Shown here piece by piece: positions 6,614 to 16,945 of a stretch of DNA of 64,000 bases (its first letter is position 1; every line of letters begins with the position of its first letter). Below the pieces are notes generated by a model. It was not told the DNA's origin. It saw only the letters and a program-made list of their open reading frames with translations, and ran no database searches. The stretch lies in the IMG/VR virus record IMGVR_UViG_3300009314_000001, one strand, 5' to 3'. The DNA comes from a virus. Lineage: Duplodnaviria > Caudoviricetes. A program made the translations under genes and the position numbers.

Positions 6614-7755
6614 CCAAAAGTAGAATTTTTATCCCAAAAACATGTCGTGTCGGCTTTCAACATCGCAAAGACACTTTCACTGGCATGCTGGCGTACGTCA
6701 TCTACTACGACGCCCTCGGAAAAATCCGCAAGGAAAAGAGTTGGAAGGGCTGGTGCCACCTCCCAGGCTGTAAGCATCGAGTGTGGCAAGATGGGAAGAA
6801 TGAACAAGTCGACGGAATCGAACCACAAGACTTCGAGAACGTACCAACATCAGGATTTGTCCTCAATAAAGGCATCCGCCGATTCAACTGGTCTCATTTC
6901 GGTAGCGGACGTTCAATGATCCGCATCTACGACCCACGCGGATATGAATTCGAAGTCACCCCTGAGAACCTCATCGGACTTCTAATGCATACGGACTGCT
7001 CCCGCCGCGAGATACAAGGGGAACTCGTCTACGCGTGGCACGGAACTGAGCTCATGCTTTTACCGTGCAACAGCGAAGAGTATGAAGCGGCCAAGAATTT
7101 TACTCAGCTCCAAGCCAAGAAAGTCGGAGCCAGAGAACTCAAAGAAGGCCTCACGTACGTTACGAAAAGTGAGGAGCACCTTGTCTACGTCGGTCGACAC
7201 AAGTGGTTTGCACAAGGTGGCCGATATGAAGACAAGCCACGGAAGGGTGTGAAATGCCATATCTTCTGCGACCTTGAAGGTAAGAAATTCCGACCAATCA
7301 AAAGTGTGCCAAGTACTATTGCCGCCGTTGCGAATGACCAGCCTCATGATGAGATATCAAACTGGATCGACTCGTACTTGGCCTCGAAACCGGCCGCAGA
7401 GGTCGTCGAGTGGATCAAAAAGCCTTTGACGGACAAGGACTGGGATAGGAATTGGGACCACCACAATACTCGTCTCAATGTTTGCATGGATGGTACTAGC
7501 AATCGTGGAACTCCGGTATTTGTGGAGGTTTCTATTACACAGTATCAATATGGTCATGGGTACTATGGAAGAATGTGGAGCAAGCAACAGGCTCAAAAAG
7601 GTGATCTGGTATATCATACCGGTGCTGAGATAAGTCAAGATGGAACAATTCGCCATCATTACAGATGTAACGATGGCGGACGCGTGATCGATAAGAGTAA
7701 ATTCTTTAAACTTCAGGCCAAAATGTCAAACGGCCTAATCCTAGATTGGAGTTAG
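6610..7755 (+). CDS. Hypothetical phage protein (381 aa)
   Basis: Long ORF, 4-bp overlap with the upstream gene. Confidence 0.7.
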   Translation: MTKSRIFIPKTCRVGFQHRKDTFTGMLAYVIYYDALGKIRKEKSWKGWCHLPGCKHRVWQDGKNEQVDGIEPQDFENVPTSGFVLNKGIRRFNWSHFGSGRSMIRIYDPRGYEFEVTPENLIGLLMHTDCSRREIQGELVYAWHGTELMLLPCNSEEYEAAKNFTQLQAKKVGARELKEGLTYVTKSEEHLVYVGRHKWFAQGGRYEDKPRKGVKCHIFCDLEGKKFRPIKSVPSTIAAVANDQPHDEISNWIDSYLASKPAAEVVEWIKKPLTDKDWDRNWDHHNTRLNVCMDGTSNRGTPVFVEVSITQYQYGHGYYGRMWSKQQAQKGDLVYHTGAEISQDGTIRHHYRCNDGGRVIDKSKFFKLQAKMSNGLILDWS

Positions 7756-8205
7756 ATGATGGCAAAGAAAACCGAAACCGCCGACCAAAAAGTCCTCCGC
7801 TTGATGGGACTCGTCAAGGAACAACGCGCAGACATCGGAGCCCTCCAAAGGCCACGATGGAACACCACTTGCAGTCTTGACTTGCCTCAATTGCGACCCG
7901 AACGGATCAATCTGCAGGTCGAAAAGGACTTGTTCGTGCTCTCGTCCGCGATCGGCATCCTGGAACGTATGGCCGCCGATGCCAAGCGAGTAGGTAAAGA
8001 ACTTGAGACCGAGATCGAGCCGCGATGGAAGAACTTCACCATCGAGGAATGGGTGGAAGATTTGAAGCTCCGCATCAAGATCACCCAAATGGAAGCCAGA
8101 CGGCGGAAACTGAAGAAAATGGAATCCACCCTCGATACTCTCATGAGTCCTGAGCAGCGCCGCGAAATGGAGCTGGCAAAGATCGAGGAAGAATTGGATA
8201 TTTAG
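7756..8205 (+). CDS. Hypothetical coiled-coil protein
   Basis: 149-aa ORF abutting the upstream gene. Confidence 0.65.
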   Translation: MMAKKTETADQKVLRLMGLVKEQRADIGALQRPRWNTTCSLDLPQLRPERINLQVEKDLFVLSSAIGILERMAADAKRVGKELETEIEPRWKNFTIEEWVEDLKLRIKITQMEARRRKLKKMESTLDTLMSPEQRREMELAKIEEELDI

Positions 8206-8227
8206 CTCACATCCAAGAGGGTCTGTT

Positions 8228-8584
8228 ATGGATGATGAATACTTCGCCCTCACGAATGATGGTCAAATGACCATGCATCAGATGATCCAAGAACTGGAGC
8301 GAGATCGAGTCGCTCCAGTTATAACGACGGAGAGGGACGGTGTGACAGTCGTTCTTCTATTCAAAACTCCACGAATAATGGACAGATTCGTACAGCGGAA
8401 CTTTCCAAAGGGCTATATATTTGCTCATCTAAAAGTCGAACTTGAGGACTATACAACAATCTTCGACAATGGATGGGATATAGAACGCCTATCGTTCCCT
8501 AGAAAAATGCCCTGTGAAGTATCAATCCTAGAATTAAATCGAAAGGTCGAAGTAAGAAAGCCTAGTTCCGAATGGTCTATCTAA
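8228..8584 (+). CDS. Hypothetical protein
   Basis: 118-aa ORF with GAGG upstream. Confidence 0.55.
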   Translation: MDDEYFALTNDGQMTMHQMIQELERDRVAPVITTERDGVTVVLLFKTPRIMDRFVQRNFPKGYIFAHLKVELEDYTTIFDNGWDIERLSFPRKMPCEVSILELNRKVEVRKPSSEWSI

Positions 8585-9465
8585 GGATGCTAGAGCAATT
8601 CCAATCAACCGGCAAAGAAGAAGGCCGGGAACACATGGAAGGTATGATTCATGTCAATCTAGTCCTACCTGATATCCACAATCCAAATACTCCTCAAAAA
8701 GTCCTAGATATTGATCTCGTAATAGTTGATTCTGATATTACCCCAAGCGAAAGAATGGATGGTTGGGCAATATTGGTTGGACGTATTGCTACCTGGGATT
8801 CTGCTCTATGGAAAATCGCAGAAGTACAACCACTAGAAAACGGAAAATCATGCCTTCTCTGCATAGATAGGATACCAATGCCGAAGCAACAACCAATCCT
8901 TAAAGAACACGCCATCGTCGGAATCCATGAGATAATACCAGCAGAAAAAACACATTTCTGGGATCCAGATCTCGGTTGTATGAGAACGATCGTAATGAGG
9001 TGTGCTCGTAAATGGCAAATACAGCCTATAAAGGGTGATTGGTATAGAATTCCAGCAACTCACGCTATAACTCTATCAAAAGCGACATGGGGTGAGAACT
9101 TCAAAGCACTTTATATCGATTACAGAAAGGAATTTAATCACTCAACATGCACATATGAAATGGTCCGACGTGTTATCGGTACTGACTTTTCTGACCCAAA
9201 CCAAGAAGCTGCTATAGCCATCTGGGTGAAAAGAGCATATCTCGGCAGATATCCTGGGTCATTATTTATCTGCACTGGTGACGAATTATATAGTGGTCTT
9301 ACCTGGACTGATGTTGTTGGGCCGAAGCATGGCAAAGCATCTAGATTCTATAGGACTCATAGGAATCGGATGGTGATATTTGCTAACAAGCGACCTCAGG
9401 AAGAACTAGAGATGATGAAAGAGCTGTTTGATAAGGAACAGCCTAAAGTTGCTTATAAGATGTAA
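8572..9465 (+). CDS. Hypothetical protein
   Basis: 297-aa ORF. Confidence 0.55.
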   Translation: MVYLRMLEQFQSTGKEEGREHMEGMIHVNLVLPDIHNPNTPQKVLDIDLVIVDSDITPSERMDGWAILVGRIATWDSALWKIAEVQPLENGKSCLLCIDRIPMPKQQPILKEHAIVGIHEIIPAEKTHFWDPDLGCMRTIVMRCARKWQIQPIKGDWYRIPATHAITLSKATWGENFKALYIDYRKEFNHSTCTYEMVRRVIGTDFSDPNQEAAIAIWVKRAYLGRYPGSLFICTGDELYSGLTWTDVVGPKHGKASRFYRTHRNRMVIFANKRPQEELEMMKELFDKEQPKVAYKM

Positions 9466-10732
9466 GTCCTGAGATTTGCACTCTACCACTAAAATCTACA
9501 AGGCCTGTACCACATATTCTATCATGTTTTCTGTGACATTTGTTGTGGCCAATCTGAGTAATATCGTGTTTTGTTGTTGTTATAGATTTCCAGAATTCTT
9601 CCATATCATCATTTAAATGAATATCATCCAATAATAACAAACCTCTATAGTGATTTTTTACTAGATAATCGTATACTTGTTTTTCAAATTCGCCTGTGTG
9701 CTCGGTGTCTACGAATACTAAATCAGCGTCTAATAATTCCTCTTCTTCTCCTATCTCAAATATATTTCCGATTCGTCTTTCTACGTTTGATAGCTCTCTT
9801 AAATTGAACACATCTACAACATCATATGTCAGCACTCTGTTTGTTTTATTAGTCGATAGTGCTAATGCACTGAATCCTGCCTGAGTGCCAAGTTCTACTA
9901 TTTTACCATTATGTATTTGACTGGCTAGGTATGTTAGAAGTGGATAGTGACTATTGTTGATTCTATGATGTGGTACGCGTTTTGTTTTTATATGTGCTTC
10001 AAGTTTACGTGCAGCTTTTCTTCTAAATTCATAAATTGCACTAAGTCTAATAACTATCTCTGTCTCTGATTTTAATACTCTAATATCATTCGTTATTGTT
10101 TGTATTTTTCGTCGCATAAGAGATGGTAGATTTATTGTTGTATAATCGAAATCTCTAAGTTGAAAACATACTAGATTAGCCATATATGGATCATTACCTG
10201 TGTATATTGTGCCAGCAAGTGCGTCGATACCGCGACCTATCACAATGAACACAGCATCTCTATACTTTTTCATTCTATGTAGCAGAGCTTGTTGTGCATG
10301 ACCGATCCCAATTAGAAATATTTTGCTAGAGCTATTTCTTAGTTGCTCTCCCATTGATAACCCCATTTCTCTGGTTTTCAGTACCAGATTAGGATGTGCT
10401 CCATTATTCCATATTGTGATTTTGGTGTTAGTATCTTTTTTGTATTTTGCTAATATTTCACAGATTTCGAGATATTGTGGGTGTAAGGTTGGTTCTCCAC
10501 CACTGACACCTATCTTTCTCCATCTATGGTTTAGTTCTACAGATTCATTAATTAATTGTTTAATTGCTTCTAATGATATATCACCTATTATAGGTGCTTG
10601 TGGACATAATGCGGCACAATTTGGACATGCTACATTACATCTATAAGTTATAGCAAGTTCTAACTTTGTTAATGATGGGCACCAAATAATTTTAGTGGCT
10701 TTGGGGCTTCCGACTTGTCTGTAGACTGGCAT
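9443..10732 (-). CDS. Radical SAM N-terminus fused to a class I SAM methyltransferase
   Basis: CNVACPNC (CxxxCxxC) and GVSGGEPTLHP; C-terminal IVELGTQAGFS, DLVFVDTEH, LLLLDDI. Confidence 0.7.
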   Translation of the reverse strand: MPVYRQVGSPKATKIIWCPSLTKLELAITYRCNVACPNCAALCPQAPIIGDISLEAIKQLINESVELNHRWRKIGVSGGEPTLHPQYLEICEILAKYKKDTNTKITIWNNGAHPNLVLKTREMGLSMGEQLRNSSSKIFLIGIGHAQQALLHRMKKYRDAVFIVIGRGIDALAGTIYTGNDPYMANLVCFQLRDFDYTTINLPSLMRRKIQTITNDIRVLKSETEIVIRLSAIYEFRRKAARKLEAHIKTKRVPHHRINNSHYPLLTYLASQIHNGKIVELGTQAGFSALALSTNKTNRVLTYDVVDVFNLRELSNVERRIGNIFEIGEEEELLDADLVFVDTEHTGEFEKQVYDYLVKNHYRGLLLLDDIHLNDDMEEFWKSITTTKHDITQIGHNKCHRKHDRICGTGLVDFSGRVQISGLTSYKQL

Positions 10733-11387
10733 GTATAGATTTCACTAGTTTTAGTTGTGATTTCGATAATCCGCAATCGTTTATTTCAATTCCAGTTGTA
10801 TCTTTTGCTAAATGTAATTTACAACATAATTCTGGACTATCAATAGCAATACTCTTTAGACCTGTTGATACCATTCTTTTAAATAGCTCTCGTTCTTCGC
10901 AGGTATCTGTATCTGGATAATCTATATTAACTGGTCTGGTGAATACCATTGTGTTGAGTATTGCACCAGTATTATTAGTCTGAATTCTTGCCCGCCCAGA
11001 TACAAAACTGTATGATAATGTACTGGATAGTGCGCAAATATGCACACCTTCCTTAGCCATAGCAGCTACTTGAGACTGTAATCTATCTGGTGCGTGCCAG
11101 TAATCAGGGTCAAATTGAGCTAGAATTTGGCCGTTAGTGGCAGAAATACCATAATTCCTAGCCATTCCCGCCGAAAATTCTACTGGGGTGTCGACAAGGA
11201 AGACATTTTCTTCAGCCATGATATTTAGATCACTGGCTGAAAATTGGTTTGGTGCATTATTGACTACTACTAGCTCTTTATTTGGATAAGTTTGAGCCCT
11301 GAAGCAGTCTATACACAAGATTACATCTGTGATTTTGACACGGCCAGCTAGTAGTATAGCTGAAAGCAGAGGGTATTGATCGTCCAT
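10692..11387 (-). CDS. Glycosyltransferase family 2-like
   Basis: AQTYPNKELVVVNN, MARNYGI, AQFDPDYW (DxD-like). Confidence 0.7.
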   Translation of the reverse strand: MDDQYPLLSAILLAGRVKITDVILCIDCFRAQTYPNKELVVVNNAPNQFSASDLNIMAEENVFLVDTPVEFSAGMARNYGISATNGQILAQFDPDYWHAPDRLQSQVAAMAKEGVHICALSSTLSYSFVSGRARIQTNNTGAILNTMVFTRPVNIDYPDTDTCEERELFKRMVSTGLKSIAIDSPELCCKLHLAKDTTGIEINDCGLSKSQLKLVKSIHASLQTSRKPQSH

Positions 11388-11397
11388 GCCTTATTTA

Positions 11398-11405
11398 CAA
11401 AAATA
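11398..11405 (+). promoter_or_regulatory. CAAANATA motif
   Basis: CAAAAATA upstream of ATG 11420. Confidence 0.4.
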
Positions 11406-11419
11406 GGTTGGAGATAACT

Positions 11420-11908
11420 ATGCCATATTATGGAATGAGAGATAGAAGACACTATCGGGAAGGAACTAAGACCTTCTCTCGAGAAATCGCATTGTCTGGG
11501 GGAGGCGTATATGATGTAGAACTTGAAGATAAGACCCACGATTGGTTCTTGGACGATGAAGATGTTGATTACGAAGATCCATTCCTCGATTGTTTGCAGC
11601 CACTTGGTTCGATAATGAGGCAACACGGTTTAACAGATGCTGAGATAGTGATTGAATATAAAGTGGAGGGATATACTGAAGAGCCTTCTGATTATAGATT
11701 ACCAACAGAAAGTGAAACTTGGGAAGAGATGAGTGAATATTATATCTATGATCATCCGAGGAAAATAAAAATCCCAGAAAAAATAGCTGAAGCGATTGCA
11801 GGAGCATACGCTAGTGAAATAGAAGAACTAGAAATCGAAGAGTCAACTATAGCAAAAATTGGGCAGAATATTACTGAAGATCCGGACGAGCATATGGACT
11901 TACTGTAA
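11420..11908 (+). CDS. Acidic hypothetical protein
   Basis: GGAG RBS before ATG 11420. Confidence 0.6.
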   Translation: MPYYGMRDRRHYREGTKTFSREIALSGGGVYDVELEDKTHDWFLDDEDVDYEDPFLDCLQPLGSIMRQHGLTDAEIVIEYKVEGYTEEPSDYRLPTESETWEEMSEYYIYDHPRKIKIPEKIAEAIAGAYASEIEELEIEESTIAKIGQNITEDPDEHMDLL

Positions 11909-13771
11909 GGGCTCGCCATAGAGTACTTCATCGCTATATTTTGCGATTTGAGCTTCGGTGCCTTGCTGTTGTAGTATCTCTTCAAGATCTGGCCAAGGTC
12001 CGATAATATCTCTGGAATAGGCAATAGCTTGATCTATATCAGATAATATTAAATTCTCTAATTCTGGTATCTCACCGACTCTAGTGGCATGTCTTACAGC
12101 TTGCGCTGGTGTTTTTATTTCTACCTCCGCATCAGTCTCGGGTGTTCTACCGAAGTATTTTTCGTAGGCTTTTGCAGATCTTTGCTCTTGTCCTATAAGT
12201 CGTTCTGCTTCTGGCCATCCTTCTTTTCTTGATTTTGTAGCTCTAGCCCACCCAAATGCTAATCGTGGCATATTTGATTCTAAAACGGCCTCATCTATTT
12301 CTGGAGGCATTACAGGATTCTTCCCGAAGAGGTTGCCAACCATCTGTACATATCGTATAATCTGATGTAATGATTCTTTTACCTTTTCTGCTGGTAGAGG
12401 ATTTCCACGGTAACCATTTATGACCCAATTAGCATTTTGAATTGCTATATTTTCACCTAATTTAGTCAATGATTCTATATCATTGTCTTTGACAGGATTT
12501 TTAATTGGAGCATTCAGATATGTATTTGATCCGTCTGTCCATGATTTTGCAATTATTGTATAGTAATTCATGAACTCCTTCATAGAAACCCTTATATCAG
12601 GATTACGGAGTCTAGCTTCTATTTCTGGTACTCTACCATGGAGTCTAACAAATTCTTCATATGGCCATCCGGCGGAAGGTTCGTTAGCAGTTGCTATTAT
12701 TGCTTTTCGACCTTCTGGCCATTTTTCGAAATTAGGCCAGTCACCTGTCAATTTAGCTAGATTTCTAATATATTCAGGATTGCGTAGTGCTATTTCTTTC
12801 GCATGTGGTGTCTCGAGTTTCTTCTGTATTTCTGGAGTAGTTATTTGTTGTTCTAGAAATTGGCTGAAATCACCAGCGGAGAAGTATATTTCGCCGCCGT
12901 GGCGTGTGACTAAAGAACCTAATAGTAATTGTATATATTCATCTTGATTTGCTTCGAAATATCTTTTAACAAAGTCTTCTGCGGCTGGTCCTGTTTTTCG
13001 TCTATTTTGAACATTCTTTAGTTCTTTGCTGCCTATGTTTAATAATGCAAATACTCTATTATTTAGAAGTACTAGTAATATGGGTGATCTCTTAGAATAA
13101 CTTCTGAAATTGCCCTCATATTTCACACACCATCCATAGTCTTGCAAGGCTTTATGTTGTAATCTTCCATTGTCTTTGTTTATATCTCCATCTATCCATT
13201 TATCGATGTGGTATACTTTCCATGGGCCATCATGAAATACTAATGGAAACCCATATCCTGCTTCACCGTAGAAATCACCGACCGCACCTTCTTCTTGGAA
13301 TGGTTCCAAAGCCGATAAGACGTCTTCCCAAGTCTTCAGTTGATCTGGTTGTATATGAAGTCCCTGTTGCCTAGCTACGTTGAGTCTTTTGAGGTTTTCG
13401 CGAACGATTTCAATATCCTCTGGCATAGTCACGGGAGCATGGGCACTATATGCCTGTGGATCTAACCACCATCTTAGGATGTGTTTAGCAAATGGTGCTT
13501 TGGATCTATCAAGAGGTTTTTTCTTCTTTTGATCTTTAGCGAATCTAGGATCCGCCTTTAGAGCCCATTCTACGGCTTTCTTAGGCCACTCCTTAACGGA
13601 CCGTATTCCAGCATTGCGAAAATGCTCACCTATTCTATAATACGACATATTAGCAGTACTAAGTGGAGCGTCCGGTTCTGGCAAGTATTCTTTGACTTGG
13701 GCAATAAGGTGTGGAATTAGTGCTTCCACATTCTCAACTATTACTCCACTTTTGATAGTTGTTAATCGCAT
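11900..13771 (-). CDS. Large hypothetical protein, possibly virion-associated; PcfJ-like GWCV motif
   Basis: 623-aa ORF; YGWCVKYEGNFRSY segment; late-type motif upstream. Confidence 0.6.
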   Translation of the reverse strand: MRLTTIKSGVIVENVEALIPHLIAQVKEYLPEPDAPLSTANMSYYRIGEHFRNAGIRSVKEWPKKAVEWALKADPRFAKDQKKKKPLDRSKAPFAKHILRWWLDPQAYSAHAPVTMPEDIEIVRENLKRLNVARQQGLHIQPDQLKTWEDVLSALEPFQEEGAVGDFYGEAGYGFPLVFHDGPWKVYHIDKWIDGDINKDNGRLQHKALQDYGWCVKYEGNFRSYSKRSPILLVLLNNRVFALLNIGSKELKNVQNRRKTGPAAEDFVKRYFEANQDEYIQLLLGSLVTRHGGEIYFSAGDFSQFLEQQITTPEIQKKLETPHAKEIALRNPEYIRNLAKLTGDWPNFEKWPEGRKAIIATANEPSAGWPYEEFVRLHGRVPEIEARLRNPDIRVSMKEFMNYYTIIAKSWTDGSNTYLNAPIKNPVKDNDIESLTKLGENIAIQNANWVINGYRGNPLPAEKVKESLHQIIRYVQMVGNLFGKNPVMPPEIDEAVLESNMPRLAFGWARATKSRKEGWPEAERLIGQEQRSAKAYEKYFGRTPETDAEVEIKTPAQAVRHATRVGEIPELENLILSDIDQAIAYSRDIIGPWPDLEEILQQQGTEAQIAKYSDEVLYGEPLQ

Positions 13772-13787
13772 TTTTATCCCTCTTTAC

Positions 13788-13795
13788 TATCTTTG
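13788..13795 (-). promoter_or_regulatory. CAAANATA motif
   Basis: CAAAGATA 16 nt upstream of ATG 13771. Confidence 0.4.
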
Positions 13796-13800
13796 CAGCA

Positions 13801-13827
13801 TTTAACCCTCGAGAATATTTTGTAACA
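13801..13827 (+). promoter_or_regulatory. TTTAACN-N14-GTAACA motif
   Basis: tttaacc-ctcgagaatatttt-gtaaca, 7 nt before ATG 13835. Confidence 0.65.
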
Positions 13828-13834
13828 ATTAGTT

Positions 13835-14194
13835 ATGAAAAAGTGTCATCACGATAGTACAAAATATGACAACCCATTTTATATCGCTATGCGAGGAATC
13901 GCAGCGGAAATCCGTGCATATGTAGTACCGCCGCGCAAAACTCCTAAATTTACCGTCACTATATATGGAGTGAATGAATCTCATGTCACTCTAGTTATAA
14001 AGCGGAAATACGGAAGACCGCTAAACAAGAAATTCCAAATCAAGGAATCAGATATGATTATTAAGCTAATCCACCAATACCAACCAGATGGTGATACGGA
14101 ATGTAGACTCTCGGTGGATCTAGCTGCCCCAGATTCTATTGATAGAATCGTAGAATGGTTAATTAAGCGAGCTACAGAAGTTCGCGTTTGTTAG
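13835..14194 (+). CDS. Hypothetical protein (DLxxP-SID family)
   Basis: C-terminal SVDLAAPDSIDRI. Confidence 0.6.
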   Translation: MKKCHHDSTKYDNPFYIAMRGIAAEIRAYVVPPRKTPKFTVTIYGVNESHVTLVIKRKYGRPLNKKFQIKESDMIIKLIHQYQPDGDTECRLSVDLAAPDSIDRIVEWLIKRATEVRVC

Positions 14195-15264
14195 ACTGTT
14201 TTCCACTCTACAGGGTGAGGCTCGAAACCATCTAAATCAGGCATGTACGCATAAGCGTAGCTAAATATTCTTCTTTGGACGTCCGAGAATTTGGTGACCC
14301 AAGCACCCTCTGGTTGTTGGCCCCATAGATGTGAAGGCCAATTAGTGAGTCTGACCCAGCTTGGACCCCAAGTTTGATCCCAAATGCAGACGAAATCATT
14401 ACTTGAGATAGTCTTGCCGGTGGTATCTTTATACCAGTCTCTGAATTCGTCCGTGTCGTCGTAACCAATACAATTCTGAGCGTGGGCACCAATCCTGCGA
14501 GTACCACCGACCGGATCACCATTGGTCCCGGTAGTATTGCTACCAGTATGGAGAACTCCGCCATTGTGAAGGGTATCCCTGACAGCATCGGCATCAGGAC
14601 TGTCCAGGTAGCTGACGGTCTCGAACAAATTCTTGCTTGTCTCCGCAATCAAGTCATCCGGTGGACCACCACGGCACCAATTATTACCGTAGTACTCGTC
14701 GGTGTCTTCTTCGGAGAAATCATACTTGCCATCACAGTATGGTTTCATCAGTTGGAGGCCAAGTTTCAACACAGCATTCGCGGCTTGGGATAGTGAAGAT
14801 CCTTGTCTACAATGTCCACGAGTGCTATACCAGACTGTGCCGTGTCTTTCTATCCAAGCCTCTTCGTGACCAAGTCCTAGGATTCTGGTGGCCATGCATT
14901 GGCTTACACCTTCGGACATAGATGCGAATGTACAATTACCATATTCCTGTGCGAAGACGAATGCACGAGGACTTATTCGCATGGCGTAGTTGAAGTTGAC
15001 GGCTCTTTTGCCTTTACCACTGGCCAATTGTGCATGTTCACTGAATGTGGCGTATTTTGCCATTTCCATGAATTGGGCATGTTCGGCTTGTTCGATTTTT
15101 CTTGCCCAATCCGGTTGATCATTGTCGTCGATGAAGCACCCAACAAATCCTTGTTGGTAAGCGTTGAGTAGTCTACGGGCGTCACCTTCTGCCGGTTCAG
15201 CGGCGGCAGCAGATATGAAGTTTTCCAGCCTGTTGTGATCTGGGACTGAGTATTTTTCGGTCAT
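14191..15264 (-). CDS. Papain-like (C1) cysteine peptidase
   Basis: QEYGNCTFAS (Q..C), GAHAQNCIGYDD (H), WDQTWG (NSWG equivalent). Confidence 0.75.
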   Translation of the reverse strand: MTEKYSVPDHNRLENFISAAAAEPAEGDARRLLNAYQQGFVGCFIDDNDQPDWARKIEQAEHAQFMEMAKYATFSEHAQLASGKGKRAVNFNYAMRISPRAFVFAQEYGNCTFASMSEGVSQCMATRILGLGHEEAWIERHGTVWYSTRGHCRQGSSLSQAANAVLKLGLQLMKPYCDGKYDFSEEDTDEYYGNNWCRGGPPDDLIAETSKNLFETVSYLDSPDADAVRDTLHNGGVLHTGSNTTGTNGDPVGGTRRIGAHAQNCIGYDDTDEFRDWYKDTTGKTISSNDFVCIWDQTWGPSWVRLTNWPSHLWGQQPEGAWVTKFSDVQRRIFSYAYAYMPDLDGFEPHPVEWKTV

Positions 15265-15272
15265 GTCACCCT

Positions 15273-16484
15273 CTATTCGTTGGGCCAGGCCAATCGTAGA
15301 CCTTTGGCTGATTCCTCGTAGGCTTTTGCACGCCCGTAGATTGTTTTCTCGATCTTACCATCGGCTTCGAGCTTGCCTAGCTCTTCGCCATATTTAATGC
15401 TGAATTGTTCCCAAGCACTGGCTCTGGAGCCTAGTGCTGCTCTATTGAGTTTGACTAGTTCAGAGACACCGGCTTCTGCTGTAGCGATTGGTTCAACGCC
15501 TGCTGGTGGTACTGCTTCTTTTGATGCATTATGCCGTTTTGCTATTTCGTCGTAATTGACTGCTAGCTTCTCGGCTTCGGATTTTTTGGTGGAGCCGGTT
15601 ACGAGTCCTTCTGCCAGATTCTTGACGAGGGTGGCGATATCGCTGGCTGGTGGCCCATCGGTTACTATTACTTTGGTTGATCCTATTGCAGATCCTGATG
15701 TGCAAGTGATGGTGAATTCACCGGATGATGCGGTGGCTGAATAAGTAGCTCGAGTATCGTCTACTTTTTCGATCATTCCGCCACCTTCTGAAACCGACCA
15801 AGTGGATCCGGTTAATGAGAATGGACTACCGAATTGGTCCATTCCGGTCGCAGTATATGGAATTGTTCCGCCGATTTGAGTTGTGGTATTTTGTGGGCTT
15901 ATTTTAATAGTTGTGAGTGTCGGATTTGGTCCAGGGTCTCCGCCTACCGTGATGCGGTGATATACTATTTCGACTGGGTTGCTTTGCCAAGCTAGGATTA
16001 CAACGTATATTCCTAGTTGGTTACCAACGAACTTTAGATTGTAATCATATTTTGTTGGTGGTACTGGCATTTCGATATAGGGGGTAATAGTATATGTCCC
16101 CTCTGATGGAGCACTTACATCGGTATTCAGGGTACCACTATATGCCCATGAAAAGGCCTCGGTGACTTTTGCGTTAGGGTCTAATGGTGGCAGGCCCTTG
16201 ACGACTAGAATGATGGATTCACCGATTGCGGCGGTGTCTGGCCCTTCTATGGTGAGTTGAATTGGGTCAGGATCGGATGGTCTTATGGCTTCGGGTTTTG
16301 CTTCTGGCTTTAGGGCTTCTGGTTTCTCGAGTGCTTCGACGCTTTTCTTTAGGCGATCGAGAGCCCCCTCAGGTTCTGGTTGGGCTTCTTGTGCGGTGAT
16401 ATTACCACAACCCATAATGTAGAGCGTTAGTAACAGCCCTACACAGACAGACATTCTACGTTGGATAAGGTGCTGTACCATCAT
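15273..16484 (-). CDS. Putative lipoprotein with an Ig-like segment
   Basis: Hydrophobic signal ending IMGC; TLTTIKISPQNTTTQIGGTIPYTATG resembles a bacterial Ig-like repeat. Confidence 0.6.
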   Translation of the reverse strand: MMVQHLIQRRMSVCVGLLLTLYIMGCGNITAQEAQPEPEGALDRLKKSVEALEKPEALKPEAKPEAIRPSDPDPIQLTIEGPDTAAIGESIILVVKGLPPLDPNAKVTEAFSWAYSGTLNTDVSAPSEGTYTITPYIEMPVPPTKYDYNLKFVGNQLGIYVVILAWQSNPVEIVYHRITVGGDPGPNPTLTTIKISPQNTTTQIGGTIPYTATGMDQFGSPFSLTGSTWSVSEGGGMIEKVDDTRATYSATASSGEFTITCTSGSAIGSTKVIVTDGPPASDIATLVKNLAEGLVTGSTKKSEAEKLAVNYDEIAKRHNASKEAVPPAGVEPIATAEAGVSELVKLNRAALGSRASAWEQFSIKYGEELGKLEADGKIEKTIYGRAKAYEESAKGLRLAWPNE

Positions 16485-16505
16485 CTTGATCCTGTTAGCT
16501 AGAAT

Positions 16506-16832
16506 TTATTCGTCAAATAGCTCGTCTAGGAGCTTCATCGCCCATTTGAGGATCAATAGCCAGGGCACAGAGGCGTGGGCCACAACCGCGTTACTCTTGT
16601 GAGCTTCGACAAGCTTCTCAAGTTCGGCAACGGCGTCGAATTCGGCTTGAGCGGATACGTAGGCACTGCCAGCTTCTGGATGGCCAATAATGATCCCCAT
16701 GGCAAATCCTTGGATGTGCCATAGGTCATTCGCGAATACCTCTTTCTGGTCGCCGATTTGGCCGCCGCGAATGATCTCGATAACTTCGACTACTTCTGCG
16801 ATCGGGAACTCTGTGGGATAAGGGGTCGTCAT
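16506..16832 (-). CDS. Small protein with amphipathic C-terminus
   Basis: AAGGAG RBS; ends VPWLLILKWAMKLLDELFDE. Confidence 0.65.
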   Translation of the reverse strand: MTTPYPTEFPIAEVVEVIEIIRGGQIGDQKEVFANDLWHIQGFAMGIIIGHPEAGSAYVSAQAEFDAVAELEKLVEAHKSNAVVAHASVPWLLILKWAMKLLDELFDE

Positions 16833-16849
16833 CTCAGTCTCCTTTGTGG

Positions 16850-16857
16850 TATGTTTG
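16850..16857 (-). promoter_or_regulatory. CAAANATA motif
   Basis: CAAACATA 17 nt upstream of ATG 16832. Confidence 0.45.
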
Positions 16858-16945
16858 CAAACCCGAACTGAGTTATATACTATCGAACACTACTTAATGA
16901 ACCAGGCAAATCTAAAAATGAATTCCTCTAACAAGGACTGCTCAA

